DNA of 60,179 nucleotides from Alphaproteobacteria bacterium. Lineage in GTDB: Bacteria; Pseudomonadota; Alphaproteobacteria; Rs-D84. This document shows, piece by piece, positions 50,670-60,179 of the stretch (the stretch's first letter is position 1; each line of letters starts with the position of its first letter). The translations under genes and the position numbers were made by a program. The DNA is taken from assembly GCA_017427715.1 (NCBI GenBank), contig JAFRSF010000002.1, positions 1-60,179 of the forward strand, written 5' to 3'. The notes beneath the pieces are model-generated. The model was not told the DNA's origin. It ran no database searches and worked only from the letters and a program-made list of their open reading frames with translations.

Positions 50670-50996
50670 ATGACATTGGATGAAATTAAAAATTTAAACA
50701 AAGACAAATGTCCAAAATTTTCTTCTTTTATGAAAAATCAACTGCCTATGCCCGGAATAAAGAAACATCTTGATGAAATTCTGAACCGGGAAATCACAGT
50801 GGTTGATTATAGATTACGCAAATCTGTACAAAAAAGTGGGACTGAATGTTTACAAATGCAATTTATCATGGATAACGAAGTATGTGTATTATTTACTGGC
50901 AGTTGCGTTTTAATCAATCAAATTCAAGAAGCAAAAAATAATATACCATTTGCAGGAACAATTGTCAAAATTGACAGGTATTATTCGTTTTCTTAA
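50670..50996 (+). CDS. DGR accessory protein candidate (not Avd-like)
   Basis: 108 aa between TR and RT, AAGGA SD, beta-strand-rich pattern (EITVVDY, LQMQF, VLFTGS, PFAGTIVK..YYSF). Confidence 0.75.
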   Translation: MTLDEIKNLNKDKCPKFSSFMKNQLPMPGIKKHLDEILNREITVVDYRLRKSVQKSGTECLQMQFIMDNEVCVLFTGSCVLINQIQEAKNNIPFAGTIVKIDRYYSFS

Positions 50997-51014
50997 AATA
51001 ACAAATATAGAAAA

Positions 51015-51989
51015 ATGAAAACTTATAAACATTTATGGGAACAATTTATTTCCAAAGAAAATTTCGATTTAGCTGCTAGAAAAGCAATCAAAAGCAAAAA
51101 ATCAAAGAAAGAAGTTCAAATATTTTTGGCACACAGCAAAGAATATCTTGATAAATTAAGAAACGATTTAATTATTGGAAAATACAAAACTTCCCAATAT
51201 AAAACTTTTACTATATATGAACCTAAAGAGAGATTGATTTATAAATTGCCGTTATACCCGGATCACATAGTGCATCATGCGTTAATCAATATTTTGGGGC
51301 CAATTTGGCAAAAATCTTTCATTCATGATTCTTATGCGTGCATTCCAGGACGCGGATTGCATGCGGCATCACAAAAGATGATGCATTTTATGCGTCGTAA
51401 TGAATATGTACTGCAATGTGATATTCGCAAATTTTACCCCAGTATAAATCATGAGATTATTATGAATATTTTAAAACGTAAAATTCATGATAATCGTATA
51501 TTAAAGATATTAAATGAAATAATCTGGTCTGTGGGTGGACAAACAAATCTGCCGATTGGTAATTTAACCAGTCAGTGGTTGGGAAATGTTTATCTGAATG
51601 AATTAGACAATTTTATCAAACAAGATTTACATTGTCGTGATTATATCAGGTATTGTGATGATTTTTGTGTGTTTGATAACGACAAACATAAATTACATTT
51701 TTGGGCTAAATGTATATGTGTATTTCTGAAACAAAATATGAAAATGAATTTATCTAGATGTAATATTCATAAAACAACAGACGGGGTTTGTTTTATAGGT
51801 TATCGGCATTTTAAGCATTTTATTTTAATAAAACAAAGCACTGCATATAAATTAAGTAAACGCATAACAAATATCATAGAAAACAAACATTTTAATCCAA
51901 AATCCATCGGACAAATGGCTGCGGCATACGGTTGGACAAAATGGTGTTGCAGTTATAATTTCAGAAACAAAATAAAAATATTCAAATAA
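51015..51989 (+). CDS. DGR reverse transcriptase
   Basis: 324 aa with EPKERLI, DHIVHHA, SYACIPGRG.H, DIRKFYPSI, LPIGNLTSQ (GxxxSQ) and YIRYCDDF. No maturase or endonuclease extension. Confidence 0.96.
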   Translation: MKTYKHLWEQFISKENFDLAARKAIKSKKSKKEVQIFLAHSKEYLDKLRNDLIIGKYKTSQYKTFTIYEPKERLIYKLPLYPDHIVHHALINILGPIWQKSFIHDSYACIPGRGLHAASQKMMHFMRRNEYVLQCDIRKFYPSINHEIIMNILKRKIHDNRILKILNEIIWSVGGQTNLPIGNLTSQWLGNVYLNELDNFIKQDLHCRDYIRYCDDFCVFDNDKHKLHFWAKCICVFLKQNMKMNLSRCNIHKTTDGVCFIGYRHFKHFILIKQSTAYKLSKRITNIIENKHFNPKSIGQMAAAYGWTKWCCSYNFRNKIKIFK

Positions 51990-52003
51990 TTCTTGGGGAA
52001 TAT

Positions 52004-52587
52004 TTATTTCGTCTTTTGCAGGGCGGCTTGCTTAAACATATTAAAATGTTTACGGCACAGGGATTTATACTGTGATGCTCCAACTTCAATTTGTGGCCCA
52101 TTTATAACCAATGTGCCATTTGCATTAAATCTAGCATTATGCGATGCGCGATTTGGGCAACCTGGATGTTGACATACAGTTTTTATTTCTTCTGTTGATG
52201 CATCTACTTCCAGTAATCTTTGTGATGCAGGGAACAAATGTTCGTTGCTGTCCGTTTTCAAACCATAACATATAACAGTAATTTTTGGGTTGTAATCCAC
52301 AATTTCCACCAATCTGTCAATATCAGCAGCAGAAAAGAATTGTACTTCGTCAATCAGCACAAATTGTGTGTCAGTTTTTGGTGTAAAGTTTTGCAAATCT
52401 TTTAATGCAACACATGGTTCTTTTAAACCAACCCTGGATACGACATAATTAATTGCATCACGATTATCAGTCAAAGGTTTAATAACTTCATATTTGCACC
52501 CCGTTTGTTTGTATTGATATGCTTGCATGCATAATTGTGCAGATTTTGAAGCCGCCATAGCCCCATAAACAAAATGTAACTAGCCAT
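52004..52587 (-). pseudogene. tdk: Thymidine kinase with an apparent 1-nt deletion at codon 3 (or an assembly error)
   Basis: LHFVYGAMAASKS, VLIDEVQF, CYGLKTD, LF..S..LL, Y.SLCRKH motifs. The SD-led ATG at 52587 is out of frame with the gene body. Confidence 0.75.
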
Positions 52588-52607
52588 ATTTAATCCTTTT
52601 TATTACG

Positions 52608-53195
52608 TTATTCGCCATAATACAGCACAGAATTATCAAATGCTGTGTAATTGGTATTGTTGTATTTAATATGCAGTTTTTTATCGCTGTCCAGTGTCAT
52701 CACATTGTTTTCATTGCTTAAATTGGCATAGTATTTTTCGTTACCAATCTTGATGACCAACACAGGCCCATCAACAGGTCTTTCTTGATGCATATACATG
52801 ATTCCGCCGCCAACATGTAAAATACGTCCGCAATCCCCCAGTTTTTTGGAACCAGCCGGTGATTTAAGATTATCTGGGCATGTTTCTATACCCTGGGTCA
52901 TGGTTTCGCTGTATTCAAATCCTGTATTTGGTGCATCGGGACCAGGGCAGAAACTGTTTGCTGGACAAGGTTGGGCGGTTTCGCTTTCTTTTGGAACATA
53001 TTGTCCAGCACCGCAAGAAATCACATTTCGGCGCCAACGTGCAATATATTGAACTGTTCCAGATGTAATATTACCAATCGAATCACCAAAACAATTGGCG
53101 GTTGATGCATCTGGTGCAATGGCGGCACCGTCCGCAAACGCATTTGTTGCGAACATGCTGCATACCAATAAAAATGTCATCAACCACCGTTTCAT
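52608..53195 (-). CDS. Secreted Cys-containing protein with the shared C-terminal domain
   Basis: Signal peptide, CGAGQY...CPANSFCPG module, C-terminal domain resembling that of 24040..26382. Confidence 0.75.
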   Translation of the reverse strand: MKRWLMTFLLVCSMFATNAFADGAAIAPDASTANCFGDSIGNITSGTVQYIARWRRNVISCGAGQYVPKESETAQPCPANSFCPGPDAPNTGFEYSETMTQGIETCPDNLKSPAGSKKLGDCGRILHVGGGIMYMHQERPVDGPVLVIKIGNEKYYANLSNENNVMTLDSDKKLHIKYNNTNYTAFDNSVLYYGE

Positions 53196-53216
53196 TGTTA
53201 TGTTTATCCTATTTTA

Positions 53217-54035
53217 TTATGGTAATGTTGTGATTTCTTCAACGTCCCAACCATCAAATGTATAACCTTTTTTGGTCGGTACAGTTGGAACATTAAATGT
53301 TGTACCATAATTGCAAGTTGCAGGGGCTGTCGGATTTGCCGAACCACCATCTGTATTCCAGCTTAATGTAATGGTATTAGGTGTTTCGCAACCCGTTGCG
53401 GTACCAGTTGCAGCCGCTGCACCCCCAGTAAATTGAAATTCATCTTCTCCATTATGATTATATCCAGCGTCACAAGTCACAGTATATTGACACGCATTAC
53501 CTACAATAGTTGCAGTACTTAAATGACTATGTTCGCCGTCTGTATAGGCACAATCTTGGTAATTTGCATACAGTGTGATGGCATTTGATGTTGTATTGTT
53601 ATCATCAAATGTCGTCGTGTTAGATGGCAATACACCAGATGCCGGTATGTTAAGATTTTGGTCGGTACTTGAAAAATATCCAGTAAACACCGCGCCAGAT
53701 TTGGTCGGTATTGTGACATTGGTAATCTCATTACCGGTTGTTGCGGAACTATTTGAATACCATCCAGTATTATACTTTTCATATATCGTTCCTGAACCGC
53801 CAGAACCGCCATTTGTCGAATCGTCTAGTGTGATAGTATATATTTTTGGTTCCCACAATGCCTTTAGATATACAGTGGCACCATCATCAGATGTCAATAA
53901 TACCCCATCATTACAACCGGCGGTTGTATCATTTGCACCAATATTTGCAATATTATCACCCGGTGTTGGGTCATCAGCGAATGCCGAACCAACGGTCAAT
54001 GCAATAATGCTGGTTAATAACAGTGTTCTTTTCAT
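53217..54035 (-). CDS. Secreted InlB B-repeat (Listeria-Bacteroides repeat)-like protein
   Basis: Signal peptide, YTITLD...PTKSGAVFTGYF...LYA and PTKKGYTFDGW motifs. Confidence 0.78.
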   Translation of the reverse strand: MKRTLLLTSIIALTVGSAFADDPTPGDNIANIGANDTTAGCNDGVLLTSDDGATVYLKALWEPKIYTITLDDSTNGGSGGSGTIYEKYNTGWYSNSSATTGNEITNVTIPTKSGAVFTGYFSSTDQNLNIPASGVLPSNTTTFDDNNTTSNAITLYANYQDCAYTDGEHSHLSTATIVGNACQYTVTCDAGYNHNGEDEFQFTGGAAAATGTATGCETPNTITLSWNTDGGSANPTAPATCNYGTTFNVPTVPTKKGYTFDGWDVEEITTLP

Positions 54036-54065
54036 TTTTTCATCCTTTCGTTTTTCCTTTTGTTA

Positions 54066-57000
54066 TTATTGTTTATCTTCGATAATTCCACGACCGGGTT
54101 CATTCACCACATCCCATCCCACAAAATTATAGCCATTTTTCGATACTGTCTGGACAGGGTTAATCGTCCCACCGTATTGGCACGATGGCGCACCATTCGT
54201 TCCAGTTATTCCATTATCATTATTCCAGTCCAAATAAATCGTATTAACATCCCATGTTGCTGTACACTGTGCATCAACCGCGACATTATAAGTCGTATTG
54301 TTTGTCAAGCCCGTATTTGGTGCGCCATCCGTACCATCAAGATATTTGCATGCCCATCCAGTGAAATGATGACCGGTCTTGGAACAGTTCGCACCATCAG
54401 TATTTGCAACTGTGAATGTTGTTCCGAATGTTTGAGTTATGCTTTGTGGTGGTGTACCTGTGGCGCCCGTACCGCAATCATAAATAACATTGTAATTGAC
54501 CGCACCCCACTTAGAATAAAACCATTTTGCACCCGTTGAACCCGCTGCAATCGCGATAATGGTCGCAGGATTGGTCTGTGGTTGAACGTAATTAGTATCT
54601 GTAATGGTACAAGAATCACCACCGGTTTGTTGTACACTATCATACCTGCACCAACCAGCAAATCCATACCCGTCTTTGATTGGGTTATTCAATTGAACAT
54701 TATCAGCAGCCGTATATGTTGGCGGATTTGTCACCCCAACTGGCAGATTTTGACCATCAGAATCATATGTAATCGGATAATCTATTGCGTTACAATTCGC
54801 ATTAACAACGGCAACATTGGCATTACCGGTTACGCTAAAGTTCGTTGCACCACCCGATGTACCATCTTGACTGTACCCAGAATTACATGTAACGGCACAA
54901 GTGACTTTGTTAGTGTCATAACTGATAGTCGGAACACCTGTTCCATTTGTCACATTACATGTCGCCAATTCACACTGTGGGTTATATGTTCCACCCCCAG
55001 ATGTCATTAAATATCCACTGTCACAACTGGTGATGTAATAACAGGAACTCTGAATATCGTCATTTATACAATCTAGATTGCAACTGCTATGTTCACTGCC
55101 TGCACAACTCTTTATCCACCTGGCATAAAGAGTTGTGTTGGTTGAAAATAATGTTTCTCTATTGGTTAAATCCCCGGTATTTGGTATAGACACAAACTCA
55201 TTTGACATCGTGAAATGTCCGGAACCATCATTTTCAAACCCAGAATAATAATATCCTTTAAAATTGTAACCAGAACGTTCCGGTGGTGTTATGCTGGTGA
55301 TTGCCGTCCCAGTAAGGGATGGATTATCATAAAACCCAACACCATAATGTTCGTATATTGGTCCATTTGTTCCACCGGTTCCGTTGTATTTATTCAATGT
55401 AATCGTGTATACAATTGGTTCCCAATCTGCATAAAGATACAGGATACCATTTTGCAAATCGCTTGAATTAAATAATGTCGCATTGGCATTTGCCGGACCA
55501 TATGGACTGGTCGAATTTGCTGCGCTGGTCGTTATATTTGTACTGCTACAGTTTGTGGGACCAGATTCATTATATGTACATTTTTTCCAACCATTAAGGT
55601 TATAACCAGTCCTTTGTATGTTTGGGGTTGTAGTAATATAAAAATTATTGTTTGTTCTATAGCACCAATATGTGTCGGAACCAGCACCCGCCTGTGTTGC
55701 AGCACAAGTTTGCGCATAAACACTGGCATCTTCCCGATAAAACACAGAAACATTTTTATATTCAAATGAATTACCACCAAATGTGACGTTATCAGCATTT
55801 GCTTGAAAACTCACAGATGCATGACATTGCGATTTTGACGAAGCGCCTTTGACGCAGGGTGTCGAATCATCGTCTGGTGTTTGATGTCCATAACAAGAAT
55901 ATGTACGTGGAAACTTGCCAGATGTTTCAGTTGAACAAGAGTTTATTCCTTGGTCTGATGTAGATTGTGCAAAAGACCCACCTTCGCAGTAAGAATGTTG
56001 TGGACAAACTGCGCATGTTGAACTGTTCGCTGGTAAATAAGTTCCTGCTTCACACGTTATAGGAAAGAAACAATCGCCACCATTTGGAAAATATACTGAC
56101 TCGCCATCTCTGATATAAACAAGTCCATTTGAACCAGTACCGGCCTTAGGATTTGTTGCATATCCATTACACCACATTTGTCTGTTAGTCATATTAAAAG
56201 CGCTACCACATGTTGTTCGTGCTTTGGCAGCTACCGCTGCTTTGAATGAATCTGATAAAGCGGGGGTCGTTGAACCATCATTCCCAGGCCATACTATGCG
56301 TGCAAAAGGCGTGGTATCGTTTTCTGAACATTTAAAAGATATTTCATAACCCCACATTCGTTGATCAACAGTAGACGTTTTATTATAAAAATACTGAAAA
56401 CCAGGGTTGTCTGTCAAAGTCCCTATCAAGCTGCTAACACCACCTACGGGAAAAGTACTAATTATTGATTTGTTATCATTAGAATTTAATAAATCAACAA
56501 GAGATGCACCCGTTTTTGTTACCCAAAAAGTATTTCCATAAGCACTTCCTGCTGATTTTTGTGCTTCAATCAATCCTGCTCTTTTTCGACAAGCCAAAAT
56601 TGATTTGCTAGATGTTGTTGTGGGAAGCGCGCTGACTCTACACACCATATAAACACGGTTCTGATTTGGATAACTTAAATCAGGTGCCAACCAAAATGTG
56701 TCTGTATACCAGTTACTATCTAGCCCCTGAACAGCCAGAGATGGGGTACAATACAATGTGATATTACTATTAACATTGACGGTCCAACCTTCCTTTATAA
56801 CACGACCAGAAAAGCTTGAATTTTCAGTATCTGAACCAATTGGCATATCAGATATTTGTTGTTCAATACATGTCCAATAAGCAAGTTCTTGACCAATGGC
56901 GCATTTACTTGCAACGGTAGGAAATGTTTCTCCAGATGCCGTCGTAAAAGAACCAACAGCCCCACCAGGACATTGATAAGTGACATTAAGATCGTAAGCC

Positions 57001-57092
57001 CAACCAGTAACAGATAGAAACAACCCCACCAACGTGGCAGATAACGTTTTTAATAATCCATTAAATATTGCGAAAAACTGGCTCTTTTTCAC
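54066..57092 (-). CDS. Large secreted surface protein with InlB B-repeat-like and Cys-rich modules
   Basis: Signal peptide, repeated P.R.GY.F.GW...LYA.W modules, CEAGTY...CPQHSYCEGG. Confidence 0.82.
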   Translation of the reverse strand: MKKSQFFAIFNGLLKTLSATLVGLFLSVTGWAYDLNVTYQCPGGAVGSFTTASGETFPTVASKCAIGQELAYWTCIEQQISDMPIGSDTENSSFSGRVIKEGWTVNVNSNITLYCTPSLAVQGLDSNWYTDTFWLAPDLSYPNQNRVYMVCRVSALPTTTSSKSILACRKRAGLIEAQKSAGSAYGNTFWVTKTGASLVDLLNSNDNKSIISTFPVGGVSSLIGTLTDNPGFQYFYNKTSTVDQRMWGYEISFKCSENDTTPFARIVWPGNDGSTTPALSDSFKAAVAAKARTTCGSAFNMTNRQMWCNGYATNPKAGTGSNGLVYIRDGESVYFPNGGDCFFPITCEAGTYLPANSSTCAVCPQHSYCEGGSFAQSTSDQGINSCSTETSGKFPRTYSCYGHQTPDDDSTPCVKGASSKSQCHASVSFQANADNVTFGGNSFEYKNVSVFYREDASVYAQTCAATQAGAGSDTYWCYRTNNNFYITTTPNIQRTGYNLNGWKKCTYNESGPTNCSSTNITTSAANSTSPYGPANANATLFNSSDLQNGILYLYADWEPIVYTITLNKYNGTGGTNGPIYEHYGVGFYDNPSLTGTAITSITPPERSGYNFKGYYYSGFENDGSGHFTMSNEFVSIPNTGDLTNRETLFSTNTTLYARWIKSCAGSEHSSCNLDCINDDIQSSCYYITSCDSGYLMTSGGGTYNPQCELATCNVTNGTGVPTISYDTNKVTCAVTCNSGYSQDGTSGGATNFSVTGNANVAVVNANCNAIDYPITYDSDGQNLPVGVTNPPTYTAADNVQLNNPIKDGYGFAGWCRYDSVQQTGGDSCTITDTNYVQPQTNPATIIAIAAGSTGAKWFYSKWGAVNYNVIYDCGTGATGTPPQSITQTFGTTFTVANTDGANCSKTGHHFTGWACKYLDGTDGAPNTGLTNNTTYNVAVDAQCTATWDVNTIYLDWNNDNGITGTNGAPSCQYGGTINPVQTVSKNGYNFVGWDVVNEPGRGIIEDKQ

Positions 57093-57201
57093 GAATATCC
57101 CTTTCCTTGAATCTAATCATAGAACAAAATCATAAATATGGTCAAGTTATAAATATTATTTTTGATTTTGTTTGAAACAAAAAAATGATACAATACGACA
57201 T

Positions 57202-57996
57202 ATGAATAAAAGTTATTTGTTTTTTTTAATAAATATGGTTGTCATATCAAACTGTTGGGGCGACAGTTTGTTAAAACCAACGTATTTTCCAACAACTTTT
57301 AATGATTTGTCTTTTACTGAACGGGTGGCTGTTATCAAAGAAGGTTATGAACCGTACGAATCGGAATTTGATGCTGATGGTCGTTGTGTTAAAAATTGCG
57401 CTTATACCGGAATTACCCTTAAACAAGAACAGGAACGTAGTATAGTTGAGACACAAAATGCGTTGGCTGAATCTATAAAATATGAACAAGAACAACAGAC
57501 ACAAAAATTATCTGTTGATGTAAGCAATATTGTATCTGCGACAGGTTGTGCAAATAGAAATCCTAATATTAAATCAGGGTCTGGCGTACCATGGGGTGAA
57601 CCAGTTATTGGTATGCCACGAATATCTTCACCATATGATTTAAATCGCGTTCATCCAATTACCGGTAAAAATAAACCACATTACGGCATTGATTATGCTG
57701 TGGGTATGGGAACTATGGTGTACAGCCCAGCCAGTGGCCGTGTAGTGCGTGTCTGGAACGATAAATCTGGTTGTGGATACGGTGTAAAAATAAGGCACGA
57801 TGATGGTACCTATGCTGTGTATTGTCATCTTAGTGATGAAATACTGGTATCCGAAGGTGACAATGTATCAGCGGGATGTGGCATCGCTAAATCGGGTAAT
57901 TCAGGTGGCTCAACAGGTCCGCATTTACATTACGGTTTAAAAAATAAAAATGATAATTTTATCAATCCAGCCAGTTATACTGGGCGTGGTTATTAA
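57202..57996 (+). CDS. M23 family metallopeptidase
   Basis: R.HPITG...HYGIDY, YCHLS, SGNSG.STGPHLHY, NP motifs. Confidence 0.92.
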   Translation: MNKSYLFFLINMVVISNCWGDSLLKPTYFPTTFNDLSFTERVAVIKEGYEPYESEFDADGRCVKNCAYTGITLKQEQERSIVETQNALAESIKYEQEQQTQKLSVDVSNIVSATGCANRNPNIKSGSGVPWGEPVIGMPRISSPYDLNRVHPITGKNKPHYGIDYAVGMGTMVYSPASGRVVRVWNDKSGCGYGVKIRHDDGTYAVYCHLSDEILVSEGDNVSAGCGIAKSGNSGGSTGPHLHYGLKNKNDNFINPASYTGRGY

Positions 57997-58370
57997 TTTG
58001 ATTTTTTTGTTTTGTGAAATCTAACAGAAAAACTGCCGTTGTTTAATGGTGTAAAAGAAATAATTCTGTGGGAAATAATACTGTCGGTTGCCCATTGTTG
58101 AAATTTTTGTTTTAATATTCCGCTGGCGCCCGTAATGACAGTTGCGGAACGTGTTTCGGAATCGGCAACCTGTACCAGCATATCCCATGCTTCTTGTTCT
58201 GTGTGATTATGAAAATCAATTGTAATATGTTCTGGGATTGTTGCGCTGGGTTTTGGAATTCGTGTTGATAAATGCAAAGATTTTCGCACCGATTTTTTTG
58301 TTTCTTTGTCATCGGGCTGAAAATCTTCGCCAATCATCTTTGCTATATCAGAATCATTTAATTGTTTCAT
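57993..58370 (-). CDS. Smr domain-containing protein
   Basis: IDFHNHT...A, VITGASGILK, N.GSF.V motifs. Confidence 0.75.
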   Translation of the reverse strand: MKQLNDSDIAKMIGEDFQPDDKETKKSVRKSLHLSTRIPKPSATIPEHITIDFHNHTEQEAWDMLVQVADSETRSATVITGASGILKQKFQQWATDSIISHRIISFTPLNNGSFSVRFHKTKKSN

Positions 58371-58371
58371 T

Positions 58372-60179
58372 TTATTCAGCCAGTGCGCCAACAGACATGG
58401 TTATACGACGAATACCAGAACTTATCGATTTTTCTTTGTTTATACGCGCGCGCATAATTTCGCCTGTATGATAAACATGTGTTCCACCGCATAATTCACA
58501 AGACACATCACCTGCAGTTATCACACGAACTCTGTCGCCATATTTTTCACCAAATAACGCCATCGCACCGCGTTTTTTTGCTGATTCTATGTCCATTTCT
58601 TCGTGTGCAACTGGTAAATCTTCGGATATCCATTGGTTAACCAAATCTTCAACAGCTTGTTTTTCTTCTGCGGTCATTGCGCGACCGAAAGAAAAATCAA
58701 AACGCACAGAATCTGGTGAAACCTTAGACCCACGTTGTTCAACATCTTCGTTCAAAACATGACGCAGTGCCGCCTGTAATAAATGGGTTGCGGTATGCGC
58801 GCGTGCAATTTGTTGGCGATTTGCTTGATTTATTTCAGGCATAATTTTATCACCAACTTTGATTGATGCAGTTAAAACACCTTTTTGAATGACTAATCCG
58901 TTAACGCGATTCGTTTCGGTGACGTTCATAACAACTTTGTCATCAATTTTAAATACACCCATATCACCAACCTGACCACCTTGTGTCCCATAAAAAGGTG
59001 TGTGGTCTAAAACAATTTCAACCTCATCATTTTCGTTTGCAGATTTTACAAATTGTTCATTATGTAATATTGCTAATACAGTTGCTGTTTTATCTGTCTT
59101 AGTTTCATATTTTTCAACATCCACAGTATCCGGTAAATCATTTTGAGATTCCCATAATAATTTAGTTCCGCGTGTGTCTGCGCGTGAACGTTCTTTCTGT
59201 TCAGTCATGCATTTTTCAAATCCATTTACATCAATATCTATTTTTTTATCACGCAAAATCATTTGTGTTAAATCCAGTGGAAAACCGTATGTGTCAAACA
59301 ATTTAAACGCTACGTCACCAGGTAAAACACCATTGTTTACTTTTGGTAATTCAGATTCCAATAATTTCATACCGTTTTGCAACATGTCCGTGAAAGAGTT
59401 TTCTTCGTTGCGAATAATTTCAACGACACGTTGCTGCTGAGTTTTTAATTCTGGATATGCATCGCCCATTTCAGTAACCAAAGCAGGGTACAATTCAGAA
59501 AGTAATGCACCGCGATGTCCCAATATTTGACCATGACGCATGGCACGTCTTAGAATACGGCGAATTACATAACCACGGTCAGCATTGCTTGGAATTACAC
59601 CATCAGCGATTGCAAAACCAACAGCACGCAAATGATCTGTAATAATTTTGAAACTTGGTTTGTTTTCGTCTGTTTCTTTGACACCAGTTAAATCGGAAAC
59701 TGCACGTTTTAGATTTACAAATAAATCAGTGTCATAGTTATCAAGTTTGTTTTGTAAAACAGCCGCCCATCTTTCAAGACCAGCACCAGTATCTATGTTT
59801 TTCTTTGGCAAAGGAGTTAAATTTCCGTTCGCATCGCGGTCGTAAGTCATAAATACATTGTTCCACAATTCAATGAAGCGCCCGCCATCTTCGTCAGGAC
59901 TACCTGGTAACCCACCAGGAACATCTGGACCAAAATCGTAATGTATTTCTGTACATGGACCACATGGACCCGTGTCACCAATTGCCCACCAGTTATCTTT
60001 GTCGCCCAGACGAATGGCATCTTTGCCAGTTAACTTTTTCCAAATTTCTGTTGCTTCATCATCACTGTAATGTGTTGTCACAACCAATCTATTTGGATCC
60101 AGACCAATAACTTTTGTTAAAACTTCCCATGACATAGCAATGGTTTCTTCTTTGAAATAATCCCCAAAGGACCAGTTAC
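58372..60179 (-). CDS. alaS: Alanine--tRNA ligase (5'-partial)
   Basis: NWSFGDYFKEE at the window edge, GPCGPCTEI, IDTGAGLER, HTATHLL and ELCGGTHV editing motifs. Confidence 0.97.
   Translation of the reverse strand, partial: NWSFGDYFKEETIAMSWEVLTKVIGLDPNRLVVTTHYSDDEATEIWKKLTGKDAIRLGDKDNWWAIGDTGPCGPCTEIHYDFGPDVPGGLPGSPDEDGGRFIELWNNVFMTYDRDANGNLTPLPKKNIDTGAGLERWAAVLQNKLDNYDTDLFVNLKRAVSDLTGVKETDENKPSFKIITDHLRAVGFAIADGVIPSNADRGYVIRRILRRAMRHGQILGHRGALLSELYPALVTEMGDAYPELKTQQQRVVEIIRNEENSFTDMLQNGMKLLESELPKVNNGVLPGDVAFKLFDTYGFPLDLTQMILRDKKIDIDVNGFEKCMTEQKERSRADTRGTKLLWESQNDLPDTVDVEKYETKTDKTATVLAILHNEQFVKSANENDEVEIVLDHTPFYGTQGGQVGDMGVFKIDDKVVMNVTETNRVNGLVIQKGVLTASIKVGDKIMPEINQANRQQIARAHTATHLLQAALRHVLNEDVEQRGSKVSPDSVRFDFSFGRAMTAEEKQAVEDLVNQWISEDLPVAHEEMDIESAKKRGAMALFGEKYGDRVRVITAGDVSCELCGGTHVYHTGEIMRARINKEKSISSGIRRITMSVGALAE

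Larger units (their letters stand above)
49548..51989 (+). mobile_element. Diversity-generating retroelement: target(VR)-TR-accessory-RT
   Basis: VR/TR pair with adenine-only mismatches plus an adjacent DGR-type reverse transcriptase. Confidence 0.96.

Noticed and set aside
51015-51989. RT as a group II intron, retron or Abi RT
   Set aside because: It is short, has GNLTSQ and YCDD motifs, has no maturase or endonuclease domain, and lies next to an adenine-specific TR/VR pair.
53575-55010. Plus-strand ORFs of 142-185 aa
   Set aside because: Antisense shadows of the minus-strand surface-protein genes.

Overview
AT-rich bacterial chromosome segment. The housekeeping genes (ligA, rne, recG, ackA, dnaB, frr-uppS-cdsA-rseP-bamA, alaS, four tRNAs) look alphaproteobacterial, and a host-associated lineage is my inference. 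The main result is a complete diversity-generating retroelement (DGR) at 49548-51989. Its 133-bp variable repeat (49891-50023) and 133-bp template repeat (50280-50412) differ at 9 positions, all of them template adenines. A small accessory gene unlike Avd and a DGR-type reverse transcriptase follow. The target is a small secreted Cys-rich protein with a C-x3-C-x3-C variable region, in which I cannot recognise the usual C-type lectin or Ig display folds; two non-diversified paralogues lie in the window. The second system is a compact podovirus-like virion cluster (26723-38890) with no integrase, possibly a gene transfer agent. Its terminase is split in two by an opposite-strand dnaB/XRE/hypothetical cassette, and a histone H1-like gene sits inside it. 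Other signals are a (CA)n signal-peptide switch shared by two genes, a candidate invertible promoter, a GIY-YIG mini-element at tRNA-His, a C-terminal domain shared by three surface proteins, VirB7/VirB8-like genes, likely leaderless promoters and a frameshifted tdk. All family calls come from motif recognition by eye; no database searches were run.
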